Part shown: in pieces, positions 29,463 to 40,958 of the stretch
Position numbering within the stretch: the first letter of the stretch is position 1
Layout: every line of letters begins with the position of its first letter
NCBI GenBank assembly: GCA_950097015.1
Contig: CATNEN010000007.1
Span: forward strand, 9,486,001 to 9,550,000
Direction: 5' to 3'
From: Macrostomum hystrix
Lineage: Eukaryota; Animalia; Platyhelminthes
Length of the DNA: 64,000 nt
Program-made: the position numbers and the translations under genes
The notes under the pieces: generated by a model
Databases searched by the model: none
Seen by the model: only the letters and a program-made list of their open reading frames with translations
Told to the model about the DNA's origin: nothing

Positions 29463-30422
29463 TCACATGATGACTCGATACAGAACCTGGCCGTTTCCGT
29501 TCTCCACGCCGGCTATTGTGACGGCCGTGGGTACCGCGACGCCAGCTGCGGCGTTCATGTCGGACACGGAGGCGAGCGCTTCGGAGGTGGCGCCGGCGGC
29601 GCTGCCGCCAACGGATGCCGAGGCCGACCGCTCGTTCGCAGCGTCCAGCTTGTTTGCCTCGCGGTACTTGGTCAAGTAGAGCTTCAGCGGCTCGATGTAG
29701 TTATCGAGGCCAACAGCCTGAGAAACGAGAGATCGTGATACAGGAGTGAACCCAAAGAAATGCAGGAGTGAACCCAAAGAAATGCAGGAGTGAACCCAAA
29801 GAAATGCAGGAGTGAACCCAAAGAAATGCAAGAGTGAACCCAAAGAAATGCAGGAGTGAACCCAAAGAAATGCAGGAGTGAACCCAAAGAAATGCAGGAG
29901 TGAACCCAAAGAAATGCAGGAGAGAACCCAAGGATATACAAGATTGTGAAAGACAGGAGTGAACCATGGAAGTACAGGAGTGAACCATGGAAGTACAGGA
30001 GTGAACCATGGAAGTACAGGAGTGAACCATGGAAGTACAGGAGTGAACCATGGAAATACAGGAGTAAAGCTCCCAGTGCTATTTGAACTGATGTAAGGAG
30101 CTGGACTGTTTCAGACCCCAGCAAGGCCGTGGCGGAGTCTCACCTGCATGGCGGTCAGAATGTCTTCGCCGTTCATAGTTTTTCTTTTATCCTCCTGGCA
30201 TCGATCCGAGGCCTCCGAGGTGATAAAGGAGATGAACTCCGATACGCACTCTTGGACACACTCCTTGGCCTCCTTGGTGATCTTGCCAGTCTCCGGGATG
30301 GTCCGCTTCATAATTTTAGATATGTTGGCGATGGGCAGGAAGCGGTCCTGGTCTCTGATTGGCGAGCACTGGCCCACTGGGCGGTTCTCGCCACCCGGCG
30401 ACTGTGGCTCTGGGGACTGCTC
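29463..30422 (-). CDS. NFYB: Nuclear transcription factor Y subunit B (histone fold); 5' end unresolved
   Basis: Exons 30422-30144 and 29717-29463: [79 protein letters not shown]. Confidence 0.93.
29739..30065. repeat. Compound minisatellite in the NF-YB intron: 22-bp CAGGAGTGAACCCAAAGAAATG (about 9 copies) then 21-bp CAGGAGTGAACCATGGAAGTA (about 5 copies)
   Basis: Two adjacent arrays share the CAGGAGTGAACC core. Confidence 0.95.
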
Positions 30423-33400
30423 CTGCAGATTGGGGAGCAAAATGGTGTCACGAATTTCTTGTCTGCTAGTACACAATAGACAGTAGTGTATAAGGTGAGT
30501 TTATTTTACAAAAAATAAAATAACAATCTTAAATTGTCATTATTGACAAAAGAGTGAAAAAAATAGTAACTTTGGTATTAAGAGCTAATGAGTCTAATGA
30601 GTCTTATTACAATTTGATGTAAAAATTTTGTACATTTTTGGCGGAATATTAAAGCTAGTCGATTGGAATCTTTATTACTATAAAATAAAATTTAAGACAA
30701 AACCTTCTCATGATACCCATTCAATGCTAATAGACAATTTTTAGACTGAAATTGAACCAACAACCTTAAAGTTAAGACCAGCATTTTTAACATTTAGTCT
30801 TTTATGTAAACATAAGTAATCATCACACTGTGTATGTTGACCAATTCTAATCTATCATTAACATGCAATAATGATACTAAAACAACAGTTTCCAAGATTA
30901 AGATATTTAAAGTTTTAAATCTATGTAGACTTGGCCTACCCATAACAAATGAAACTAGCAATATATAGGATAGATAATTCAGTGCTATTTTATGCTCTTC
31001 TAATTCAGAAGTATCTTGTATCTCTAATTAAATAGTTTTCTTGTCAGCTTTTTTCAAATCCAACAAGTTCCTCTGCTTTATTCCAGATAACTACCTAAAT
31101 GGCATGATATGTTTGCTCTATTTATGTTTCTATAGCCTATAGCCATAGTGTATTTTTATGTTTGCTATCTAGTTAAGTGCCACTCAAGGCTCAGAGAGTC
31201 CCATAATATTATGTTCTTGAAGCTCTAAGGCCAATAGAACCTAGCTAATGGAGTTGATACTGAATTAAATTTGGATAGTTTAAAATTATTGTCAATTATG
31301 TTTGGATCAGCCTATCATAAGACCAAGACTATCACAACTCAGTAGCTGAAGATATTGTATATACTTGTATATTATATAAATGAATAAATTCTTTAATTTA
31401 AGGTAGTTGTTATTTGTCCGGTTAACTGGACAAATAGCCGTTTGATTATTTGTCCAGTTAACCAGTTAACTACCCAAGGACTTAATCTCTTCCCTTTCAA
31501 TGAGCAGGAGCAATGATCCTCCCAAAGACCACTCTTGCCCTGCTGAGAGCCATCTTGAGTCTTGACCTCACAAAGACCAAACTATACCCTTGAACTAAGT
31601 TAGTCCCTGAAACAACCAAATTTCTGGAAAAGGTTTTAATTTTTTTAATTAGCTGATAAGCGAAAATAATTTGAGACACAAACTTCAAATCTGAATGACT
31701 GTCATTTTGCAGATGTTAACTATTTTCTTATAAATGATAGAGGTTCTTGTGGTAGCGCTACAACCCCTTATAACTTAGATATAAGTTATAACTCAGTTAA
31801 CCAGATAAATAATAAATTAATCAAATAGCCTTAATTTAAATATACATATAGCAGCTAGGCCTAATGTAACATTTGCTTAAATTAGGCCTACTAGCTAATT
31901 ATCTAAGGTTGCAAGCAAGGCTATTTAATTGCCCAATTATTTAAATTTATCAGCCTTTTAATATATTTGTATACTATCTTAATTTAGCTAAATTACCTTT
32001 ACCTTTAACTATGTAAAACAATACTCAATAAGTATGCAAACTGTTATAGGTCTAACATAGGCCAATATGTTTTTTCTTTACTTGAGAATGCAGTTTTTTT
32101 AGAATTGTCTAGGACTATAGTATAAGCTGTATTAAAGACCACTGCAAAAACAGATATTTCAAAAAATCTAAATCACTAAGCAGCTATACATATTCATCTA
32201 CATGTAATTACAGGCAGCAGTTGGAAGGCAGGCCTTATGCCTTGAAAAAAGTATATTTTGATGATACAGATTTTCATATTTTCCTAGACTTCAATAAAAT
32301 ATTTTTTAAGATTAAAAAATATATTTTCTTCTTATTTTATACTGTTGCCCAGAGTTGGAAATACTGGCAATACTGTCGGTGCAGTTACGGTAGCTAGGTT
32401 TAAAGCAATTATTTTGTAGACGGGTCATGGGCCCATTGCCATAGCAATTGGGCCTAGTGAAATTATTGTAAACTGCAAAGAAAAGAGATGATCTTTGATT
32501 ATTAACGCATTGTTTTTTAACAGTTATTACGATAGGCCTAGCCATACGATAGAACTGGGTGTGAAAATAACTGGTTAATTAATCACAAATGTGTATTTTT
32601 CTACGTAAAATAGCTAACCGGAAATGTAGTAGTAAAACAAAGTACACGCATTAAAAAAACAACACTAAATATAAAAAAGAATTCATCAGAGTAAGAAAGT
32701 GTAAAGTAAGGTTTTCATTTTTAATTTATATTTAAAAGTCGGTAAATAATGTTTATATATTAGATGGAATCTATTGTCGCTTTTTAATTTTAATAGAAAA
32801 GGTCCGTTTTTAGAAACCGTTCACATTTAGTCATTACTATTACGCTAAATACGAAATTGTTACTATGATTGCTAGTTTTTTAAGCAGCATCTCAATTATT
32901 TGTTGGAAATTTAAGACACTTATTGTGCAATTTTCGAAGCATTTTTCGCCTTGTGGACTCTACATTTGTTTTAAATTCAAGAATAGCTAATTACTATATC
33001 CAAATCACTCATATAAAGCTTGCCCTCTGCTTTATCCTTATATTTTCATCTTTATATTTTCATTATTACGTTCTCGGGGAATTAGATAAATGTATTACTG
33101 CTTAATGATTTATTTAAACTTTTTGCTTTTAAATATTTTTGGCTACCTAATGTTGTAATTTTTTGAACCAATATGTTGTATAATTTTTATGATATTTATG
33201 ATTGACTGTGAGCTCAGCTTTCATGTTTTTTACCAGGCACAAGTCACGAAAGAAAAGCCATTCGGCAATTTGTAGTATTTGTGAGCAATAAGAAGTAATA
33301 TTGTATTTCGAGTTTAAGAGATGGTTAACGTGTTGCTGTTCTTGAGCAGGCAGGGTTTTCTAGTATTTGACTTTTTTCTTAAATTTTCTAAATTAAAACT

Positions 33401-33823
33401 ACGAGTATACTACTCATTGAATGCAATATTATAATTACAGCACTTATTTTTTACTATGCAGTACTGTGTAAAACTGTATTGTATTATGATATTTTTATGT
33501 TCTTTAGCCAAGAAAGCAGTCTTCAAATGTTGAAGATATCCAAAAGAACAAATTGCAGTTTTAATATTTTACTCTTATAGAAAATTTTACGCTTCCAAGA
33601 AAATTTATTTGATTTTGGAACTTAGCTTGTCATAGTCAGCATGAATTGCCTATGAGTACCAAACTGATTGATGTTCGCTAGAGTAATTTTACCAAACTTA
33701 GATACAATATGTGCCTCGGAGCCGTGGCAGAAACATAGCGCATTAGGAAGCGATGGGATTATGTACTTCTCTGCATCAGCAGTGCCGATAGTACGAGCTG
33801 TAGCCGTAACTTTGCATTTACAG

Positions 33824-36800
33824 GACGATACTGAGATTCATGATGGCAGCGACAGTGGCGGAGGTGGAAGGAAGCGTCGCAGTGGGCTGAGCCGTTTAGC
33901 TCAGAGGCGTGGCCTTCTGTCTCCCAACGGCTCAAGTCCTGACCTCGATTCTTCCTTACGTCAGCAGCAGCAGCAGCAGCAGCAAGATTCTTCAAGTTCA
34001 TCACCGTCGCCTTCATTGCCACAGTCTCCTCCGTCTCAGCCATCAACATTGCCTCGTCGGAGTCATCGCGGCCCAGTCGAGAACGGAGCAAGGTCGAATG
34101 CCGTCACGAGTTCCTCTCCGCCAATTTCTCCGCCGGCCCCTCCTCCAGATCTGCACCGGAGCCGCAGCACTCAGGAGCTCGAGCGCCTCAACGAGTGGGA
34201 CCGCGGCAACTCCAAGCGACTGGGCCGTCTTGATCGAAAGCTCGAGCGCAGATTTGACTCCTCGGCGCTGTCTCTGGGTGCCACTGCGGCTGGTGACACA
34301 GCGAGCACTTCCGCCAGCGTGGCTTCCTCGAGCGGGGGTGGCTCCTCGGCACTTCGCCGAATTCCCGTTGGGGACGCGCGTCGTCAGCCGCTTCTGCATG
34401 GCGCCGTGGCCGCTGGCGGCCTCCTGGGTGCGGAGCAGCTAGACCAGCTGGTACCCGATCGGCGACTCGACCTAATGGCCGTCACCTGGAACATGAGCGA
34501 GGCTTCGCCTCAGGTCAGGAGAGTCGTTTCCTAGGCCAAAGAAGAATACTCGTGGTCATTCGTTGTTGAGTATTTTCTGGGCCAAGGAAGTATACTCGTG
34601 GTCATTCGTTGTTGAGTATTTTCTGGGCCAAGGAAGTATACTCGTGGTCATTCGTTGTTGAGTATTTTCTGGGCCAAGGAAGTATACTTGTGGTCATTCG
34701 TTGTTGAGTATTTTCTGGGCCAAGGAAGTATACTTGTGGTCATTCGTTGTTGAGTATTTTCTGGGCCAAGGAAGTATACTCGTGGTCATTCGTTGTTGAG
34801 TATTTTCTGGGCCAAGGAAGTATACTTGCGGTCATTCGTTGTTGAGCATTTTCTGGGCCAAGGAAGTATACTTGCGGTCATTCGTTGTTGAGTATTTTCT
34901 GGGCCAAGGAAGTATACTTGTGGTCATTCGTTGTTGAGTATTTTCTGGGCCAAGGAAGTATACTCGTGGTCATTCGTTGTTGAGTATTTTCTGGGCCAAG
35001 GAAGTGTACTCGTGGTCATTCGTTGTTGAGTATTTTCTGGGCCAAAGAAGAATACTCGTGGTCATTCGTTGTTGAGTATTTTCTGGGCCAAGGAAGTATA
35101 CTCGTGGTCATTCGTTGTTGAGTATTTTCTGGGCCAAGGAAGTATACTCGTGGTCATTCGTTGTTGAGTATTTTCTGGGCCAAGGAAGTATACTTGTGGT
35201 CATTCGTTGTTGAGCATTTTCTGGGCCAAGGAAGTATACTCGTGGTCATTCGTTGTTGAGTATTTTCTGGGCCAAGGAAGTGTACTCGTGGTCATTCGTT
35301 GTTGAGTATTTTCTTGGCCAAGGAAGTATACTCGTGGTCATTCGTTGTTGAGTATTTTCTGGGCCAAGGAAGTATACTCGTGGTCATTCGTTGTTGAGTA
35401 TTTTCTGGGCCAAGGAAGTATACTCGTGGTCATTCGTTGTTGAGTATTTTCTGGGCCAAGGAAGTATACTCGTGGTCATTCGTTGTTGAGTATTTTCTGG
35501 GCCAAGGAAGTATACTTGCGGTCATTCGTTGTTGAGTATTTTCTGGGTCTAGGGAGTATATTTGTGGTCATTAGTTAGTGGGTGTTTCCTAGGTCAAAGA
35601 CTTATCTTTGTAGTTATTTGAAGCTGGTTAACATAGCCTGACCCCTCTTAAATTTCTTTGATCTGAAGGACAACTTGTTTAGGCAGAAAGCCTGCCCTCT
35701 GCATTGTAAAACTCTACACCGCTGTCCTGCTCGCTCTCGCTCGCTTTTGGCTTTTATTTTCTTCCGTTACACGCTTGCAGGTGTTCCCGGAGTACCTGGA
35801 CGCGCTGTTCTTCCCCCCGGAGCAGGAGCACGTACCCGAAATCTATTCGCTGAGTGTGCAGGAGGTCTGCTCTGATGTGTGAGTGAGCAGTGCTCGGGAG
35901 TGGCCTAGCAGACTGTGCAGCGCTCTGCTAGCCGCCCAGATCAGCTTCTTTTCAAATATTCCTGCCCCACCCCACTGTACTCATCCCTCATCCTTCTCGT
36001 TCCCTCAGAGAGGAGCTTCTAATCCGTTGCCAGGCAACCATTGGCCCAACGCACGTTCTATTCGAGTATTGCCACTTTAAGTCCCTACTTATTGCAGTAT
36101 TTATTCGACGCGATCTCGTCTGGTTTGTCTCAAGTAAGTTTAAAGATCTGCACATTTTGGAAACTGCTACTTAAAGTAGTAGGTTCGCTCTAAAGACCAC
36201 TTTTAACACCTTGAATACTTAGTTTTCACCTATGAAGATTTGGATACGCACAAGCGATTCTTACCTATAGACCATTGAATAGCGACAGGAAGCCGAAACG
36301 GCCTAGAGCAGCGTCGTTATTAAAAGTGGATGGAAACAAACAATCGTAGAGTATTTTTAGTAAAAATATTTTTTGTAAAAAAACCGACAAGCTGAGGCTG
36401 AGACCTTTTCATCGCCTTCGCATCGACAATAAGAAGTACTCTGCATTGCAGTACCGGACACGTGCGCGGTGCAGACCCGGGCCGCCATCTACACCAAGGG
36501 CTGCGCTGCCGTGTGCTTCACGCTATTCGGCTCATCAATGCTTTTCCTCAGCTGCCACTTCAAGTGTGAGTGTCGCTGGATTGTCCTGGAATTGTTGCAT
36601 TGTCTGTTGCTAAAGCTGTTTCCTAAAAATGTCTTACAGCGGACGATGGCAACTTTGAGGAACGAATCGAGGATTACAAAAAGATTGTGCGAAAAGTCGA
36701 CCTACCGCGCTTTACCAAACCAATGTACCAGAGTGAGTCCAGTTATGAGAACAAGTTAATCTGTTGGGTCTGCAAAGAAAAATTGGCCAAAACACACCCA

Positions 36801-38752
36801 AAAAATATTTTCCAGGTGAAGATGTTACCGAGCGCTTCGATTACGTAATCTGGGCGGGCGACCTGAATTTCCGACTTCGTGTCGGCGAGGCCAGCCGTAT
36901 TCGGGTAGACCGACTGCTTCAAGGCGACAATGTCACTGACCGGTTGACGGCCGTTGACGAGCTCAAAATGGCGCAAGCTGAGGGTCGCGTATTTGAGCAC
37001 TTCTTGGAGGGTGACATTAGATTTCCGCCAACCTACAAGTTCGACATCAACACGGACAACTACGACACTTCAGGAAAGCAGCGTGTGCCAAGCTATACAG
37101 TGAGTCCAGTGCTCCGCCATTCAGCTAAAAAATCAAATCGTTTTTTGTTGGGCTTGTCAGAATTATCGGTATGATGCTGATGTACCAGCTCTCAGGGTAC
37201 ATGAGTCTAAGATTGTGATGTCAATACGTCTATGGTAAGCGTGTCGTGGCTTAGTTGCAGGGGGTATTTGATGGAAGCTGCGCTTCCTACGCAGCGTTGG
37301 TTTCGCGCACAGTCCAGCGGGTCAAGCTTAAGCCGGTCCTGGGTTACGGCGCGACAGCCGCAGATGAAGTGCTCCGCGTTCTCAAAAATTGATTTGAGAC
37401 CCGTCGGAGAAGCAGTGGATGTCACGTTGATGCACGTTATCTCGCACTTTCTGGTGAGGAAAAATGCTTGCCTTTTTAAAGAAGTGTTAATCGGACAGAT
37501 TTCCATCTGAGAGGATCGGAAGGCTTCTCGCAGTGTCCAGCTCCGGCAGGCTAAGGTCGGTCGGCCAGAGGTTCCGCTCGCTGTAAGCAATTTACTTTTG
37601 GGAAGAGACACCCGCGTTCAGAACGCAACGAGCGGTCTTCATCGCTGGCGAACAAGTCAAGAGGAACGTGGTTTTACTAGTCTTACCAAATTTATTGAAG
37701 CTAGAAATCCTTTGTAACTAGCCTGCAACCTCATGGAATAGGACCGGGTTCTGTACCGCTGCCGCAAGCCTGGCACCGCCACGGTGACAGCCTACGACTC
37801 CGTGCGCGACCTGCGCTGCTCGGACCACCGGCCTGTGTACGCCGTGATCAGCCTGATGATCAGACCCGGCTCAGACAAGTGAGGAGCGAAAACTTTTGAC
37901 TTGGATTTTATCAAACTTTATGTCTACTTTGTTTTCAGGGCTATATTTAACAACAATAAGGCTTATTTCAATTGAGACTAATGGCCCAAGCCGACTTTAC
38001 TTAGAAAGATAAGCAACAGCCACAATAATCAGCGTAGCGTGACACACCGTACTCTGCAAAGTGTGCGGGTCAAACCCAAGAGCATGGCCGTTGCTTTGTT
38101 TTCGAATTTCCAAAGACTCTTTTCTAAAAGTTCCATTGTAGAGTGGAAATGAATTAGAAGGTTGTCAAAGTGCAGCAATTTAATGGCCATTGATAGTAGC
38201 CTTTTGCCCAACTCTATACAGACAGGTTTTTGCCCTGATCGATAGTCGGTAAGTGTCGCATTTTGCAGGTCGAATACTAGTCTGTGATTTTTCGACTGCA
38301 ACTTTTTACTAATAGTAGCATGAAGTAGCATGATAATTTCATTGATACTGCTCCGAATCGACTTTGCAAGCCAATAATTTCGGTGAAAGAAAATTACTTC
38401 TTTGTTCCAGCAAAGCGGTTCAGAATAAGGAATCGTTTTACGCTTGTACAAAATTTATTTTCGCTGCAAATCATACAGACATTCTAATGTAAATGAATGT
38501 GGGTTGATTTTTCTCGTTGAATATGCTCGCAGTAATCGATTCGCATTGTGATCTCAGTTAATTTTGCTATTTTGCGACTGTGACTGTATCGTGTAAGCTA
38601 TGACATTCACACCTAGCGTGCCACTCGCCTACGGCCGATTCCGACACACCTTCTACGTCGAGGGCAACAAGCGGCGTGCGAGACAGCACGACAGGGAGGA
38701 GCTGCAGCGACAGCGCGCCCGCGTCTCCTCGGGCGTTTGCAGCGTCATGTGA
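33824..38752 (+). CDS. INPP5E: Phosphatidylinositol polyphosphate 5-phosphatase type IV (INPP5E); start uncertain (frame is also open from ATG 33671)
   Basis: Exons 33824-34513, 35781-35878, 36009-36133, 36452-36565, 36640-36732, 36816-37099, 37742-37878, 38617-38752. Motifs: LLGAEQL..LVPDR..VTWNM, FIRRDLVWF, TKG, FDYVIWAGDLNFR, FPPTYKFD, RVPSYTDRVL, SDHRPV; CaaX end CSVM. Confidence 0.93.
34533..35570. repeat. 46-bp minisatellite, about 22 copies, INPP5E intron
   Basis: Unit GGCCAAGGAAGTATACTCGTGGTCATTCGTTGTTGAGTATTTTCTG, starting about 20 bp after the donor at 34514. Confidence 0.97.
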
Positions 38753-39865
38753 CCCGGCCCAGTGGGCGGCACTGCAGATTCCAGAGTGGCAGGTGTAATT
38801 ATATTAAGAATAATAACAGAGCACTTATTGAGTCAGATGCATGTGATTTCACGAACTCTTCAATCTGTAAGGTTGTCATTAATTGAGCCCGATTGCAGTT
38901 CAGCGCGATTTTTCGTTCTAATAATTACTTGCTTGTACGAGTATAAGCCTAGTAAACCACACCATCTGGCCGATAAAAGTACACCTGGCAGGCCAAGCCA
39001 AGTCCATTCTGCGCTAGATTAACCACCGAATATCACATGGCATGGTTAAGACCAGTGCCTCAGACCGCAGCCCTTGAGAACTAGCCCAAAGATCACAAAC
39101 TTCTCGATTCTGGTGAAAGTGCGCGCACAGCTCCACGCAGGCCAAACACGAATGCTGCGGTTGCGTCGGCCGCCCCAGCCGGTTCAACCCTGCCAGCAGA
39201 CTTGCAGGTTGTGTTCCTCTGTTTGCTCTATTTAAAGTTCAGCGCGTCCTTCTGCTTGTTTTGTAAACGAATTGTTCTCTTTGCCTCCTTTTCCTACACC
39301 TGAAACCTGACTTGAAGCAGTCAAAACTGCTATTTTTAACACCTTTTTTTCAACTACGACTGGCACTTGTGATAGTACCTGTAGATGCTGAATCAGTAAG
39401 TTTTTTCTGTTGTCTTTTGTTTGACTTGCCAAAGTGATTGTTCGAGTAATACAATAATTGCAAGGCATTATTTATTGTTGTCTCGTGCATGTTGCCAGGC
39501 CAGCTCGCCTGACTCTTCATTCTCAGCTTGGAGACACTCGATCCACAGCTAAACTATAGCGCGTAATATTGCTTCACAATCACTAACCAATGCGCTTCAG
39601 CAAAGCATAAAAGCAGAGTCTGTCTGTATAGAATGGACTGAAAGCGCGAACTGCCAGAGACTCTGGAGAATTGTTACTCAAAATATACTTCTTTCAAGGC
39701 GGAGACCATAGCAAAATAATTTTTTTAGAACCAACAATGTTTTTGCAATTATATTGTCTTGGTTACGTCTCACAGAGGGCTACTCACAGAAGCTGTTGCA
39801 ATAGTGTAAATGCATTTAAAGAAATTTTATATAGTACTACTTTAGTAAGTACTATTGCAGTACTT

Positions 39866-39929
<64 letters not shown>
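39866..39929. repeat. (TAC)n microsatellite, about 21 units
   Basis: Directly visible. Confidence 0.97.
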
Positions 39930-40958
39930 GAAAAGTTGGAAACGAAAAGTGCGATGACTCACAAGATACATTATTCTTCGAGGCTTCTTCTGGTCGATTC
40001 GTTCAATGCTCCATATGCAACATATGCTCCGATTATCACAGCGGAAATGACTAGCTCAGAACTAGTCATGAGCAGTTAAACGTTTCGCAGATAAACAACG
40101 CGTGATTGATAGAATTTACACCTAGCCCTATTGGACCAGATGTTGAGCCAGGGGCACAGCCGCAGCTATTGTGTGGCGCCACCAAGAGCTGTGTGCGTGG
40201 ACTGGGGAGGTTGCCACACTCCTGGGGCTGATGTTAGAGAGCCCGTCTATAATTAAAAGCTGTTTAGACTGAAGCAATGGGAAATTCAAGCGTCATAAAT
40301 TATCCCAGAGCTGCAAGGCAATTTTCGCATATCCACCAGTAAGTAGTTTCAAGCACATCTAACATGGTTTGGTTTAAATTTTACGGCCTTGCCAACAATC
40401 AAAATACATGTAATTCAATTGTGATCCAAATAAAAAAGATCAGCTAAAAAGAACAATTAACTAATATTAAAAACGTAAAGACATAAATATAATTTTATAA
40501 TTTAATGCTCCTTGCTTCCAAGGAGCTGTGATACTGTTCTGTATTCATATTGTAAGAAATTTAAGATTGGCCATTAGGGTACCCTACAATGTATATCTAG
40601 CCATACATAAGTACAAGCCTGAACAAGCAAACCAATGAATTTGTAATACAACTAGAAACTCACTTAATCAAGTATTTTATGTAAACAAGTTATAATCGAT
40701 GTACAAAACTGTAGAAAAGGCTTGGACGGTGAGGCTTATTCTTTGCTCGACTTTGTTTTATGGTAACCTTTGGCGCTAATTGAAGTTGAACCTTCTTTCT
40801 TCGAAACAGGATTCGCCTAGATTTTTATTGATGATAATTGACAGTTCTGTTCTTTATTATATTACCAAAATAAAACACTTTACAATAAAGTAAATTGGTT
40901 GAAATTAAAACTTCTTACAATTTTATATATTTGAATGAGTTGAGCATGTCAATATAAT

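Noticed and set aside
30700-31110. Candidate upstream coding exons for NF-YB
   Set aside because: The AG/GT-bounded segments I tried did not give an ATG in frame with exon 30422.
34533-35570. CRISPR-like appearance of the 20-46 bp arrays (also 3184-3926, 15521-15863, 61775-62296)
   Set aside because: Head-to-tail units with no unique spacers, no cas genes, and a eukaryotic context.
37170-38451. ORFs 37207-37611 and 38029-38451 in INPP5E introns
   Set aside because: No recognisable domain and no host-like codon bias. They may be TE debris but cannot be supported.
39671-40079. Poly-Leu and poly-Tyr ORFs
   Set aside because: Products of the (TAC)n microsatellite.
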